A DNA stretch of 64,000 nt from Alphaproteobacteria bacterium. GTDB lineage: Bacteria; Pseudomonadota; Alphaproteobacteria; GCA-2731375. The notes beneath the pieces are model-generated. The model made no database searches. It was given only the letters and a program-made list of their open reading frames with translations, and was not told the DNA's origin. The position numbers and the translations under genes are program-made. The stretch covers positions 320,001 to 384,000 of the forward strand of contig CBDDBZ010000036.1 of the NCBI GenBank assembly GCA_965225945.1, in the 5' to 3' direction. Below, piece after piece: positions 10,356 to 21,457 of this stretch. Position 1 is the stretch's first letter, and each line of letters opens with the position of its first letter.

Positions 10356-10892
10356 GTGGAAAACGCCGCGAGATCGATGGATCGGACAAGCACCGCCATG
10401 GGGTGTCGGGGAAGCGGCGCGGGCATCCTCGGGCGCCGGGTCGGGTATCGGGCCGGCGGCTTGGCCGTGGTGACGCTGGCCTTGATGCTCGCGGCCTGCG
10501 CCCCGCGCGAGATCCAGACCGGCTTCTTGCCCGACGAGGATCGCGTAGGCGAGATCAAGACCGGCGTGCATGACCGGGACTCGATCGCGCAACTGCTGGG
10601 CTCGCCCACCAGCATCGCGACTTTCAAGGATCGGACCTGGTACTACATCTCCAGGCGCTCGGAGAAGTTGGCGTTTCTCGACGCCAAGACACTCGACCAG
10701 CAGGTCATCGCGATCCATTTTGACGATTCCGGCATCGTCAAGAACGTCACGCGCTACTCCATGGAGGACGGCCGCGTGATCGACCCGGTGAGCCGCACGA
10801 CCCGAACCCGGGGCCGCGAATTGGGTTTCCTCGAGCAGGTCTTCGGCAATCTCGGCCGCTTCAACACGGACCAATCGGCGCTCGGCTTCTAG
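10356..10892 (+). CDS. bamE: Outer membrane protein assembly factor BamE (SmpA/OmlA); true start probably later
   Basis: Lipobox LAAC, LGSPT, WYYIS, T.GRELGFLEQ.FGNLGRF. Confidence 0.88.
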   Translation: MENAARSMDRTSTAMGCRGSGAGILGRRVGYRAGGLAVVTLALMLAACAPREIQTGFLPDEDRVGEIKTGVHDRDSIAQLLGSPTSIATFKDRTWYYISRRSEKLAFLDAKTLDQQVIAIHFDDSGIVKNVTRYSMEDGRVIDPVSRTTRTRGRELGFLEQVFGNLGRFNTDQSALGF

Positions 10893-10939
10893 AGCATGAT
10901 CGGATCATGCTCTGGCCGGCGGCGCGCGTATTTCCCGCG

Positions 10940-13657
10940 TCAGATCGTCAGGCTGAACGAGCTGGTGTTGTTCGTGTTCAACGCGATGAGTCGCAGCAGC
11001 GCCGTCCGCATGGCGTCTATCCGGGCCTGCTCGGCGGGTGGGATGGCGAGCGCCGCGAGTGCCGCCAGAGGATCGCTCTCCGCCACGCCGGTCAGCCGGT
11101 CGTGGATCTCGCGAATTTGTCGCATCGCGTCCTTGATCACGAGACCGGCCTCCTGTGACGCTCGCGTGCCGTCGAGGCTCATGCCCTCGAAAAGTCCGAG
11201 GGCGAAGACGCGATGCTCGACCTCGTCCTCCGCCGTCTCGCCGACGGCGGCCTCGCCATTGAAAATGGTCACCGGCGCGAGGCCGAGCGCGGCCAGGGCG
11301 TCGCGCCCCTCCGGGCCGGCGCGGAGCTCGATGCGGCTACCCGCGCCGGCCTCGATCCGAAGCCGCATGCTGCCGATGTTGCTCTCGTAGCGGGCGGTGC
11401 CGGACTGCCCGAGGATCAACTTGATCTTGAAGGCGAGGTAGGTGAAGGAATCGCCGTCCTCGATGGTCACGCGCCGGAAGGCCCCGCCGTCGAACGAGAT
11501 CTCGAAACTCTGCCCGGCTCGGGCGTTGGTGAGGTTGATCACCTCGCCGGGCGCCGCGATCGGCAGCGGCGTGGTCGGCAAGCCCAGTTGCGTGATCACC
11601 GAGGTCGCGGTCGCGTCGTAGGTGATGGCGCGGGCCGAATGGGCAAAGGCGCTGCCGAACTGATGGGCCCATAGCGTGGTGCCCGTGGCGTCGAGCTTGG
11701 CGGCGAAGCCGTCCACCGCGCCGACCAGGCCACCGGCGGCGAGCGCGCTGGTGGTGCTACCGGAGAGATAGATTTCATCTCCCGTCGCGTCCGCCTTCAC
11801 GGTAAGTCCGAGGGCCCGATCCTCGCCGCTGCCGCCGAGGTAGCTCACCCAGTCGATGGCGGCGCTGGCACCGGAATCGATCAGGCGGGTGACGAAGCCG
11901 TCGATCCCACCCGCGTGCGCCTGCGCCACCGTGCCGGTGAGTGCCGTGTTGTCGGTATGGCCGGACAGATAGACCGCGCCGCCGTCGCCGAGGGCGAGGC
12001 CGGTGACGCCGCCAGCGCCCAAGGCTCCCAGATCGACCTCGTAGGTCGGCGTCTGGCTCGCGGCTTCGTCCGCGTATTTACGCAGCACGGCTTGGCCGCC
12101 GACCTCGGCCGCCACCAGAATGTCGCCGGCGGCGTCGATCTGGATCGCGGTGACGCGATCCTCTCCCGCCCCGCCGAACTGCTTGACGTAAAGCCGGTTG
12201 CCGTCCGCGTCGAGCTTGCTCACGTAGGCGTCGGCACCACCGCCGTGAGTGACGCTGGAATCCAGCGCCGCGCGCGTTTGGCCAGCGACGAAGATCTCGC
12301 CGGCGGCATTGACCGCGAGCGCGAGGGCTGAATCGTCGGCGATCGGAGCGGCCTGTTGGGTCCACAGTTCGCGGCCGTTGGCATCGTACTTGGTGACGAA
12401 GGAATCAGCTCCGCCGCCGTGGGCCGTGTCCGTCAACAGGCCCCGGACCTGGCCCGCGACGATCACGTTGTCGTTGCCGTCGACGACGACCGCGGTGCCC
12501 GCCGCCGTCTCCGTCGCGCCCAGCAGCCGCGACCAGAGGAGGTTTCCCGCGGCATCGAATTTTCTGAGATAGGCATCGGGCGTCGAGTGATTGGCCAGGC
12601 CGTCGAGGTCGCCCGCCGTGGTGCCGACCACGTAGACGTTGCCGAAGCTGTCGACGGCGACCCCCTGGGCGTTGTCCGTCTGGTCGGTCGCGATCTCCGA
12701 GCGAAAACCCTCGACCGGCGCGGCGGCGCCCAGATTGTCGAGTTTCTGGACGAAGCCCGTGCCCGCCTCACCCCCGCCCGCGGCGCCGGCGAGGAAGAGG
12801 GCCGGTGACTCGGACCCCGCATCGGCGAGGAAGGTGACCGTCTCGGCGCTGCTCATCTGCAAGCGGAAGCCGTAGGCGGACTCGTGGAAGCGCTCGACCA
12901 TGAGCCGCGTCAGCGCGCCGGTGGTCTCCAGCTCGGAGTTGATGTAGGCGGAAACATTGTCGACGTTGAGAGTGCCCACGACGTTGGCCAGATCGATCGC
13001 CACGTTCGTGGTTCCCGTCGAGGTCACGAGCTCGATGGTGAAGGTCTCCGTTCCGGCGAGGCCGGGAATGGCGTCCCCGCGCGCGCTCGTCAGGACCGCG
13101 CCGATATGTTCCGGCAGGGTCTTCTCGATCGGCTTGGGGATCGGCGTCGTGGTCTCGATGCTTTTCCGCTCCACGCCCGCCAGCACGGTGATGTCGCGGA
13201 GCTGCAGCGCGCCGGCGAATTTGCGCACCTCGTCGAGGTAGCTTCGGAAACGGTGGTCGAGCAGGCTCCGGAGCGAATCCGCGCGCGCGCCGCTCTCGGC
13301 GTATTGCGCCAGCTCTTGCAGTCGCGAGAGGCCGCGCCAGAGCGCGAAGAGCTCGCCCAAGCCTTCGTCGCCGCCGCCGGCGAGCGCGGCATCCGTTGCC
13401 AGCTTCGGCGCGGCGGAGAAGAGCCGTTCCAGCAGCCGATCCTCCGGCACCTGGTCCGGCACCTGCCAGGGCGGGATGACGGCGGGGTCGTCGCGGAGCG
13501 CCCGCTCGATCCCCTCGGCCCGAAGCGCACCGACCAGAATGCTCCGCTGCAGCGACAAGCCGCTCGCGTAGTAGCTCGACAGCGTCGAGAGATCGAGGCT
13601 GATCACTAGCATGCCGCCTTGGAGGATCATGGCCCGGTTCCGCTCGCCGCCGATCAT
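10940..13657 (-). CDS. FlaEY-like large protein with SBBP beta-propeller repeats (start uncertain; 13612 plausible)
   Basis: Repeated D..GN.YV.G.T.G...G..D.FV.K.D..G..LW..Q.G units; N-terminal LFALW.GL..L segment recalls Caulobacter FlaEY (recognised from memory). Confidence 0.65.
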   Translation of the reverse strand: MIGGERNRAMILQGGMLVISLDLSTLSSYYASGLSLQRSILVGALRAEGIERALRDDPAVIPPWQVPDQVPEDRLLERLFSAAPKLATDAALAGGGDEGLGELFALWRGLSRLQELAQYAESGARADSLRSLLDHRFRSYLDEVRKFAGALQLRDITVLAGVERKSIETTTPIPKPIEKTLPEHIGAVLTSARGDAIPGLAGTETFTIELVTSTGTTNVAIDLANVVGTLNVDNVSAYINSELETTGALTRLMVERFHESAYGFRLQMSSAETVTFLADAGSESPALFLAGAAGGGEAGTGFVQKLDNLGAAAPVEGFRSEIATDQTDNAQGVAVDSFGNVYVVGTTAGDLDGLANHSTPDAYLRKFDAAGNLLWSRLLGATETAAGTAVVVDGNDNVIVAGQVRGLLTDTAHGGGADSFVTKYDANGRELWTQQAAPIADDSALALAVNAAGEIFVAGQTRAALDSSVTHGGGADAYVSKLDADGNRLYVKQFGGAGEDRVTAIQIDAAGDILVAAEVGGQAVLRKYADEAASQTPTYEVDLGALGAGGVTGLALGDGGAVYLSGHTDNTALTGTVAQAHAGGIDGFVTRLIDSGASAAIDWVSYLGGSGEDRALGLTVKADATGDEIYLSGSTTSALAAGGLVGAVDGFAAKLDATGTTLWAHQFGSAFAHSARAITYDATATSVITQLGLPTTPLPIAAPGEVINLTNARAGQSFEISFDGGAFRRVTIEDGDSFTYLAFKIKLILGQSGTARYESNIGSMRLRIEAGAGSRIELRAGPEGRDALAALGLAPVTIFNGEAAVGETAEDEVEHRVFALGLFEGMSLDGTRASQEAGLVIKDAMRQIREIHDRLTGVAESDPLAALAALAIPPAEQARIDAMRTALLRLIALNTNNTSSFSLTI

Positions 13658-13749
13658 GGCGGCCCACAGGATTCTGGCGCGAACAGGTTAACGTGACGTG
13701 TACTAAATAACGGGCGCGGGGACGGCGGATCATGCGCCGAGTGCCTTGT

Positions 13750-13765
13750 TTTACCGAATGTTAAC
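13750..13765. promoter_or_regulatory. Putative CtrA box
   Basis: TTTA-CCGAATG-TTAAC vs consensus TTAA-N7-TTAAC (1 mismatch) in the divergent intergenic region; extra GTTAAC near 13688. Confidence 0.5.
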
Positions 13766-13819
13766 GCCGACTTCGCCACAGTGGCCGCGCGTTCCGAAGC
13801 GGAACGATCATGAGGCGGC

Positions 13820-15403
13820 GTGGTGGCGATGGCTTGGTCGGAAAACGACGCGGCGCGGGGCGATGCGCGTGGGCCCCGGGCGCGGGACAAGATCGCCTCC
13901 GTCGACGAAATCGCCCAAGTCTCCGAGAGCTGGCGGGCGGGCGGCCAACGGGTGGTCCTGGCGCACGGCGTCTTCGACCTGCTGCACATGGGCCATGTTC
14001 GCCACCTCGAGGCGGCCAAGGCCGAGGGCGATCTTCTGGTCGTGACGCTGACCGCCGACCGTCACGTCGATAAAGGGCCGGGGCGCCCGGTCTTTCCGGA
14101 ACTGCTCAGGGCGGAAATGGTGGCGGCGCTCGAATGCGTCGACTACGTCGCGATCTCCAACTGGCGGAGCGCGGAAGGCGTGCTGCGGCTGATCCGCCCG
14201 TCGATCTACGTCAAGGGTCAGGATTACGCCCGCGAAGCCGAGGACGTCACCGGCAAAATTCGCGTCGAGCGCGAGCTGGTCGAGAGCCTGGGCGGCCGAC
14301 TAGCCATCACCGACGACATCACCTTCTCCTCGTCCTCGCTGATCAACCGGCACCTCGACGTCCACGGCTCCGAACTCGCCGGCTACCTCTCGCGGCTTCG
14401 CGACCGCGACCTGCTGGGCGAGATCATGGGCGCCATCGAGTCGATCCAGGACAAGCGCCTGCTGTTCGTCGGCGAGGCGATCATCGACGAATACCTATTC
14501 GCGGTGCCGATGGGGAAGTCGGCCAAGGAAAACATCATCGCCACCCGCTACGAGGGCCGCGAGGCCTTCGCCGGCGGCGTCATCGCGGCGGCCAACCACG
14601 TCGCCGACTTCGTCGCCGAGGTCGAGATCATCACCATCATCGGCGAGGATGATCCCTACGACGATCTGATCTTGGAGACCGTCAGGCCGAACGTGAAGGT
14701 GCACTTCATCCGCCGGCCCCGGATGCCGACCACGCGCAAGTGCCGCTACGTCGATCCGGGCCACACCCGCAAACTGTTCGAGGTCTATCACTTCGACGAG
14801 ACGCCGCTCGCCGTGGTGGAGGAGGACCAGCTCTGCCGACTGATCGCCGGGCGTTCGGACTGGGCCGACATCGTGGTGGTCAACGACTTCGGCCACGGCA
14901 TGATGACGCCTCGGGCGATCCAGGCGGTCGAGACCTCCGCGCCTTTCTTGGCCGTCAACGCGCAGACCAATTCGGCCAATCACGGTTACAACCCGGTCAC
15001 CCGTTATAGTCGCGCCGACTACATCTGCATCGACGCGCCCGAGGCGCGCCTCGCGCTCCGCGATCGCTTCCGCGATCTGGGCGAGCTGATGCAGGGACCG
15101 CTTCGCGAACAGGTAGCCTGCGACCACATCGTGGTGACGCACGGCCAAAACGGCTGCCATACCTTTTCGATGACGGCGGGGCTGGGCCGGGTGCCGGTCT
15201 TCACCCGCAAGGTCGTGGATACCGTCGGCGCGGGCGACGCCTTTCTGAGCGTGACCGCGCCGCTGGTGGCGGCCGGTCTCGACATGGAACTCGTCGGCAT
15301 CGTCGGCAACGCGGTCGGCGCGATGAAGGTCGGCATCGTCGGCCACCGCGAAAGCGTGGAGCGGGTGCCGTTGCTGAAATTCTTGACGGCGCTCCTCAAG
15401 TGA
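13820..15403 (+). CDS. Bifunctional nucleotidyltransferase / PfkB kinase (HldE-like, reversed domain order)
   Basis: N-terminal HGVFDLLH.GH and KG.DY; C-terminal DTVGAGDAF. Confidence 0.88.
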   Translation: MVAMAWSENDAARGDARGPRARDKIASVDEIAQVSESWRAGGQRVVLAHGVFDLLHMGHVRHLEAAKAEGDLLVVTLTADRHVDKGPGRPVFPELLRAEMVAALECVDYVAISNWRSAEGVLRLIRPSIYVKGQDYAREAEDVTGKIRVERELVESLGGRLAITDDITFSSSSLINRHLDVHGSELAGYLSRLRDRDLLGEIMGAIESIQDKRLLFVGEAIIDEYLFAVPMGKSAKENIIATRYEGREAFAGGVIAAANHVADFVAEVEIITIIGEDDPYDDLILETVRPNVKVHFIRRPRMPTTRKCRYVDPGHTRKLFEVYHFDETPLAVVEEDQLCRLIAGRSDWADIVVVNDFGHGMMTPRAIQAVETSAPFLAVNAQTNSANHGYNPVTRYSRADYICIDAPEARLALRDRFRDLGELMQGPLREQVACDHIVVTHGQNGCHTFSMTAGLGRVPVFTRKVVDTVGAGDAFLSVTAPLVAAGLDMELVGIVGNAVGAMKVGIVGHRESVERVPLLKFLTALLK

Positions 15404-16431
15404 CGGGCGCGAGGAGCGGGGCCGTGAGCGCGAACCAAGGCTTCGGCCGGGTGATGGTGACCGGCGGGGCCGGCTATGTCGGCAGCCGGCTGGTGTCGAA
15501 GCTGTTGGGGGCCGGGTACGAGGTGACGGTGCTCGACCTTTTCATCTATGGCGACGAGGTCCTGGCCGAGGTGGCGGGCCATCCGGGCCTGCGGCTCCAC
15601 CGTGGCGATATCCGTGATGGCGAAGCGGTGGCCCGCGCTCTCGGCGGCGCCGAGGCGGTGATCCACCTGGCCTGCATCTCCAACGATCCGAGCTTCGAGC
15701 TCGATCCCGATCTCGGCCGTTCGATCAATTACGACGCCTTTCGGCCCCTCGTGCGCGCCGCCAAGGATGCCGGCGTCCGCCGCTTCATCTACGCCTCCTC
15801 CTCCAGCGTCTACGGGATCAAGGACGAGGCGGAGGTGACGGAGGAGCTCGCGCTGGAGCCGCTGACCGATTATTCCAAATACAAGGCGATGTGCGAGGAG
15901 GTGCTCGAGGCCGAACGCGAGCCGGGCTTCGTCACGCTCACCTTGCGGCCGGCGACGGTCTGTGGCTACGCGCCGCGCCTAAGATTGGACCTGACCGTCA
16001 ACATCCTGACCAACCACGCGATCAACAACGGCCGCATCACCGTCTTTGGTGGCGCTCAGAAGCGCCCCAACATCAATATCGAGGACATGACGGAGCTCTA
16101 TTTGAAGTGTCTCGGCTATCCCGACGAGCTGATCGACGGCCGGATCTTCAACGCCGGCTACGAAAACCACCCGGTCCGCCAGCTCGCCGAGATCGTTCGC
16201 AATAGCGTTGGCCGCCCGGTCGAGATCGCCACCTTGCCGAGCGACGATCAGCGCTCCTACCACGTCTCCTCGGAACGGATCGGCCGCGAGTTGGGCTTCG
16301 TGCCGCGCCACACCATCGAGGACGCGGTGGTCGGCCTCGGCGCGGCCTTCGCCGCCGGCCGCGTGGCCGGCGCGATGACCGACGACCGCTACTACAACGT
16401 CAAGCGGATGCAATCGCTCGGTCTCGGCTGA
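15400..16431 (+). CDS. NAD-dependent epimerase/dehydratase
   Basis: TGGAGYVGS, HLACISNDPS, SSSSVYG, YSKYK (YxxxK). Confidence 0.9.
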   Translation: MTGARSGAVSANQGFGRVMVTGGAGYVGSRLVSKLLGAGYEVTVLDLFIYGDEVLAEVAGHPGLRLHRGDIRDGEAVARALGGAEAVIHLACISNDPSFELDPDLGRSINYDAFRPLVRAAKDAGVRRFIYASSSSVYGIKDEAEVTEELALEPLTDYSKYKAMCEEVLEAEREPGFVTLTLRPATVCGYAPRLRLDLTVNILTNHAINNGRITVFGGAQKRPNINIEDMTELYLKCLGYPDELIDGRIFNAGYENHPVRQLAEIVRNSVGRPVEIATLPSDDQRSYHVSSERIGRELGFVPRHTIEDAVVGLGAAFAAGRVAGAMTDDRYYNVKRMQSLGLG

Positions 16432-16731
16432 CGCCGCGCCTCGACGCGGGGCGGCGTCGAGGCCGGTCATCTCGGTAGGCCTCCCCCGGCGCGCGCCATG
16501 CCCTGTAGGTGACGCGCCATGCCCTCGCCATGACGCTCGAATTCGACTATCCTGCGACCAGCGCATCGCTGATTTTCGCACCACCGGTCATGTGCTCCGA
16601 TTGGCTGGGTGCGGACTCCGATTCTGGCGTTGATCCGGATTCCGAGTCGATTGGCACCCATCGCATCGGCGACGGCAGCGCCGTTCGACGGACGAGATGT
16701 TCGACGGACCAGAAAAGGGAGGGAGAGCGAG

Positions 16732-17595
16732 GTGATCCCCGCGACTTTCGAATACCATCGCCCCGCGTCGGTGGAACAGGCCGTGGCGCTACTCGGCCTC
16801 CATGGCGACGAAGCCCGTCTGCTGGCCGGCGGGCACAGCCTGATACCTATGATGAAGCTGCGCCTGGCGCAGCCCGGCCATATCGTCGATCTGCGCGACA
16901 TCGCCGCCTTGCGGGGGATCACGCGCGAAGACGAGACATTGGTGATCGGCGCGCTGGCGACGCAGAAGGAGGTGATCGATTCCGACCTCCTGGGCGCGGC
17001 CTGTCCGATCCTGCGCGAGGCGGCCCTGATGATCGCCGATCCCCAGGTCCGTTACTGCGGCACCATCGGGGGCAACGTCGCCAACGGCGATCCGGGCAAC
17101 GACATGCCGGCCGTCATGCAGGCGCTGGATGCCAGCTACCGCGCCGAGGGGCCGGGGGGCACGCGGGATATCGCCGCCCGGGCATTCTACGAGGCCGCCT
17201 TCTTCACCGCGCTTCGAGAGGACGAGGTCCTGACCCAGGTCCGCATTCCCGTGCCGGGGGCCGGTCACGGCGCGGCTTATGTGAAGCAGAAGCGCAAGGT
17301 CGGTGATTACGCGACCGCGGCCGCGGCCGTGATTCTGACGCTCAGCAGCGGCACCTGTAGCGCCGCCGCGATCGCCCTCACCAACGTCGGTGACACGCCC
17401 TTGCATGCAGGTGCCGCCGGCGACGCCCTCGTCGGCACCGCGCTCGACGAGGGGGCGATCGCCGAGGCCGCGCGCCGCGCCGAGGCGATCACCAATCCGG
17501 CGAGCGACGGGCGCGGGCCGGCGGCGTTCCGCACCAAGGTCGCCGGCATCGCGGTTCGCCGCGCCATCGCCGCCGCCATGGCGCGCGCGTCTTGA
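16732..17595 (+). CDS. coxM: Aerobic CO dehydrogenase medium (FAD) subunit
   Basis: GTG start after RBS; [31 protein letters not shown]. Confidence 0.92.
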   Translation: MIPATFEYHRPASVEQAVALLGLHGDEARLLAGGHSLIPMMKLRLAQPGHIVDLRDIAALRGITREDETLVIGALATQKEVIDSDLLGAACPILREAALMIADPQVRYCGTIGGNVANGDPGNDMPAVMQALDASYRAEGPGGTRDIAARAFYEAAFFTALREDEVLTQVRIPVPGAGHGAAYVKQKRKVGDYATAAAAVILTLSSGTCSAAAIALTNVGDTPLHAGAAGDALVGTALDEGAIAEAARRAEAITNPASDGRGPAAFRTKVAGIAVRRAIAAAMARAS

Positions 17596-17615
17596 AGCCG
17601 GGGGAGACTCACAAC

Positions 17616-18110
17616 ATGGCAAAGATGAACATCACCATGACGGTGAACGGCGCCGAGGTCGCGGCCGAGGCCGAGCCCCGGATGCTGCTGATCCACTTCC
17701 TCCGCGAGCAACTCGACCTGACCGGCCCGCACATCGGCTGCGACACCAGCCACTGCGGCGCCTGCACCGTGGACATGGACGACAAATCGGTGAAGGCCTG
17801 CACGGTCTTCGTGGCCCAGGCGAACGGCGCCCGGGTCATCACGATCGAGGGCATCGCCGAGCCCGACGGCACCCTGCACGCGCTGCAGGAGAGCTTTCGC
17901 GAACACCATGGCCTGCAATGCGGCTTCTGCACGCCGGGAATGATCATCCGGGCCTATCGGCTGCTGCGGGAGACTCCGGACCCCAACGAGGAGGAGATTC
18001 GCCACGGCATCTCCGGCAACCTCTGTCGTTGCACCGGCTATCAGAACATCGTCAAGGCGATCCGCGTCGCCGCCAGTCAACTCAATGCGCCGAAGGAGGC
18101 CGCGGAATGA
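17616..18110 (+). CDS. coxS: Aerobic CO dehydrogenase small (2Fe-2S) subunit
   Basis: [29 protein letters not shown]. Confidence 0.94.
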   Translation: MAKMNITMTVNGAEVAAEAEPRMLLIHFLREQLDLTGPHIGCDTSHCGACTVDMDDKSVKACTVFVAQANGARVITIEGIAEPDGTLHALQESFREHHGLQCGFCTPGMIIRAYRLLRETPDPNEEEIRHGISGNLCRCTGYQNIVKAIRVAASQLNAPKEAAE

Positions 18111-20527
18111 ACGATAAAATCGAAAGCGCCGAAGTACGCGCGGAAAAACTCCAGGGCCTGGGCAGTGCCCGCAAGCGGGTCGAGGACGTCCGCTTCACGC
18201 AAGGCAAGGGCAACTATATCGACGATTTGAAACTGCCGGGCATGTTGTTCGGCAAGTTCGTCCGCTCGCCCTATGCCCATGCGCGAATCACCTCGATCGA
18301 TTCCCAGGCCGCGCTGGCCGTGCCCGGGGTCAAGGCGGTGCTGACCGCCGAGGAATTGAAACCGGTCAACCTCGCCTGGATGCCGACGCTCGCGGGCGAC
18401 GTGCAGATGGTGCTGGCCGACGGCAAGGTGCTCTATCAGGGCCAGGAAGTCGCCTTCGTCGTCGCCGAGGACCGCTACGCGGCCGCCGACGCGGTCGAAC
18501 TGGTCGAGGTCGAGTACGAGTCCCTGCCGGTTTTGGTGGATCCCTTCAAGGCCATGGACGCCGACGCGCCGGTGCTGCGCGAGGACCTCGAGGGCAAGAA
18601 CGAGGGCGCGCACGGCGCCCGCAAACATCACAACCACATCTTCACCTGGGAGGCCGGCGACGCGGAGGCCACGAGCCGAGCGCTCGACGGCGCCGAGGTG
18701 GTGGTCGAGGAGTTGATCAGCTACCAGCGGGTCCATCCCTGTCCGCTGGAGACCGCCGGCTGTGTCGCCTCGATGGACAAGATCAACGGTCACCTGACCG
18801 TCTGGGGCACCTTCCAGGCGCCGCACGCGGTGCGCACGGTGGCCTCGCTCATCTCGACCATACCGGAACACAAGATCCGCATCGTCTCGCCCGATATCGG
18901 CGGTGGCTTCGGCGGCAAGGTCGGCGTCTATCCGGGCTATATCTGCGCCATCGTGGCCTCGATCGTGCTGGGCGTGCCGATAAAATGGGTCGAGGAGCGG
19001 ATCGAGAACCTGCTAGCCACGACCTTCGCCCGCGACTATCACATGAGGGGCGAGATCGCCGCGACCCGGGACGGCAGGATCACCGGCCTCCGGGCACAGG
19101 TGCTGGCCGACCACGGCGCCTTCGATGCCTGCGCCGATCCGACCAAGTTTCCCGCCGGCTTCTTCAACATCTGCACCGGCTCCTACGACATCCCCGCCGC
19201 GCACATCTGCGTCGACGGCGTCTACACCAACAAGGTGCCGGGCGGGGTCGCCTATCGCTGCTCCTTCCGGGTGACCGAGGCCTCCTACTTCATCGAGCGG
19301 ATGATCGACATCCTGGCCCGCAAGCTGGAGATGGACCCGGCCGAGATCCGGCGGAAGAACCTTATTCGTAAGGACCAGTTCCCCTATACCTCGGCGCTCG
19401 GCTGGGAATACGACAGCGGCGACTATCAAACCGCCCTCGAGAAGGCGCTGGAGACGGTCGACTACACCGCGCTCAGGGCCGAACAGACCGCCAACCGCGA
19501 AGCCTTCCAGCGCGGCGAGACGCGCCGGCTGATGGGCATTGGGCTTTCCTTCTTCACCGAGATCGTCGGCGCCGGTCCGATCAAGAACTGCGACATCCTC
19601 GGCCTCGGCATGTTCGACAGTTGCGAGATCCGGATCCATCCGACGGGAAGTGCTACCGCGCGGCTCGGCACCATCAGCCAGGGCCAGGGTCATGCCACCA
19701 CCTTTGCCCAGATCCTGGCCACGGAAATCGGCATCCCGGCGGATAGCATCACCGTCGAGGAGGGCGATACCGATACCGCGCCCTATGGGCTGGGCACCTA
19801 CGGCTCGCGCTCGACGCCGGTGGCCGGCGCGGCGACGGCGATGGCCGGGCGCAAGATCCGCGCCAAGGCGCAGATGATCGCGGCGCACTTGCTGGAGGTG
19901 CATGACGACGATGTCGAATTCGACGTCGACCGCTTCGTCGTCAAGGGCGCGCCCGAGCGGGCCAAGACCATGGCCGAGATCGCCTTCGCCGCCTACAACA
20001 ACGTGCCGCCGGGCATGGAACCGGGCCTGGAGGCGGTCAGCTATTACGATCCGCCGAACATGACCTATCCCTTCGGCGCCTATGTCTGCGTCCTCGACAT
20101 CGACGTCGACACCGGGGAGAGCGAGATCCGCCGCTTTTATGCGCTGGACGATTGCGGCACGCGGATCAACCCGATGATCATCGAGGGCCAGGTGCACGGT
20201 GGTCTGACCGAGGCGTTCGGTATCGCCTTCGGCCAGGAACTGACCTATGACGAGATGGGCAACGCCAGCGGCGTCACCTTCCTGGATTATTTCATGCCGA
20301 CGGCGGTCGAGACGCCCGAGTGGGAGACCGATTTCACCGTCACGCCCTCGCCGCATCACCCGATCGGCGCCAAGGGGGTGGGCGAATCGCCGAACGTCGG
20401 CGGCGTCTCGGCCTTCTCCAACGCGGTCCACGACGCCTTTGCCCACCTCGGCCTGACCCATACGCAAATGCCGCACGACCATTGGCGTATCTGGCGGACG
20501 GCTAAGTCCCTCGGCCTCACCGATTAG
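18107..20527 (+). CDS. coxL: Form I aerobic CO dehydrogenase large subunit
   Basis: Active-site loop VAYRCSFR (form I signature AYXCSFR); M-S-L gene order. Confidence 0.95.
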   Translation: MNDKIESAEVRAEKLQGLGSARKRVEDVRFTQGKGNYIDDLKLPGMLFGKFVRSPYAHARITSIDSQAALAVPGVKAVLTAEELKPVNLAWMPTLAGDVQMVLADGKVLYQGQEVAFVVAEDRYAAADAVELVEVEYESLPVLVDPFKAMDADAPVLREDLEGKNEGAHGARKHHNHIFTWEAGDAEATSRALDGAEVVVEELISYQRVHPCPLETAGCVASMDKINGHLTVWGTFQAPHAVRTVASLISTIPEHKIRIVSPDIGGGFGGKVGVYPGYICAIVASIVLGVPIKWVEERIENLLATTFARDYHMRGEIAATRDGRITGLRAQVLADHGAFDACADPTKFPAGFFNICTGSYDIPAAHICVDGVYTNKVPGGVAYRCSFRVTEASYFIERMIDILARKLEMDPAEIRRKNLIRKDQFPYTSALGWEYDSGDYQTALEKALETVDYTALRAEQTANREAFQRGETRRLMGIGLSFFTEIVGAGPIKNCDILGLGMFDSCEIRIHPTGSATARLGTISQGQGHATTFAQILATEIGIPADSITVEEGDTDTAPYGLGTYGSRSTPVAGAATAMAGRKIRAKAQMIAAHLLEVHDDDVEFDVDRFVVKGAPERAKTMAEIAFAAYNNVPPGMEPGLEAVSYYDPPNMTYPFGAYVCVLDIDVDTGESEIRRFYALDDCGTRINPMIIEGQVHGGLTEAFGIAFGQELTYDEMGNASGVTFLDYFMPTAVETPEWETDFTVTPSPHHPIGAKGVGESPNVGGVSAFSNAVHDAFAHLGLTHTQMPHDHWRIWRTAKSLGLTD

Positions 20528-20571
20528 GCGGTCCCGGGGGCCGGCGCGGGCCCCCGGAATCGGATGCGACG

Positions 20572-21450
20572 ATGCGGGATTACCGAGATTTGCGCGCCCG
20601 CCTGGCCGAAGCCGGCTACATCGCCGACGATGGCCTGGCGATGGCCTTGACGCTCGCCCAGGACCTCGGGCGACCCTTGCTGGTGGAGGGCGAGGCCGGT
20701 GTCGGCAAGACCGAGATCGCCAAGGTCATGGCCGCGATCCTGGGCACCGATCTCATCCGTTTGCAGTGCTACGAGGGCCTCGACGCCGCCGCCACGATCT
20801 ATGAATGGAACTATCAGCGCCAACTGCTGGCGATCCGCGCGCGCGAGCGCGACGAGACCACGGCGGACGAGATCGAGCGGCAAATCTTCTCCGAGGCCTA
20901 TCTGCTGCGCCGCCCGCTGTTGGAGGCGATCTCGCGCCAGACCTCGCCGGTGCTGCTGATCGACGAGATCGATCGGGCCGACGAGGAGTTCGAGGCCTTC
21001 CTGCTGGAAATCCTTTCGGACTTTCAAATCACCATTCCCGAGCTCGGCACGATTCATGCGACCTCGGTGCCCCATGTGGTGTTGACCTCGAACGGCACCC
21101 GTGCGCTTTCGGACGCGCTCCGGCGGCGCTGCCTCTACAGCTACATCGACTATCCGGACGAGGCCAAGGAGCTGGCCATTCTGCGCGCCCGCCTGCCGGG
21201 GATCGACGCGGCGTTGGCCGGCCGCATCGTGGGCTTCGTCCAGGCTCTGAGGCGCGAGGAGCTGGAGAAGACGCCGGGAATCGCGGAAACCCTCGATTGG
21301 GCGGCGGCGCTGGTCGGCATGGGCTCGGTGACGCTCGATGGCGATCCGGCGCGGCTCCAGGCGAGCTTGATCTGCCTGCTCAAGACAGAGCGCGACCAGA
21401 AGGCGGTTCCCCCCGAGGTGACCGCGCGCCTGATCGGCCGGGTGGCCTAG
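20572..21450 (+). CDS. coxD: MoxR-type AAA+ ATPase CoxD
   Basis: GEAGVGKT Walker A, RLQCYEG, LLIDEIDR; directly after coxL. Confidence 0.88.
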   Translation: MRDYRDLRARLAEAGYIADDGLAMALTLAQDLGRPLLVEGEAGVGKTEIAKVMAAILGTDLIRLQCYEGLDAAATIYEWNYQRQLLAIRARERDETTADEIERQIFSEAYLLRRPLLEAISRQTSPVLLIDEIDRADEEFEAFLLEILSDFQITIPELGTIHATSVPHVVLTSNGTRALSDALRRRCLYSYIDYPDEAKELAILRARLPGIDAALAGRIVGFVQALRREELEKTPGIAETLDWAAALVGMGSVTLDGDPARLQASLICLLKTERDQKAVPPEVTARLIGRVA

Positions 21451-21457
21451 CGGAAAA

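Noticed and set aside
17390-18106. N-terminal extension giving a 1045-aa CoxL
   Set aside because: Overlaps coxM/coxS; the real start is ATG 18107 with an AGGAGG RBS
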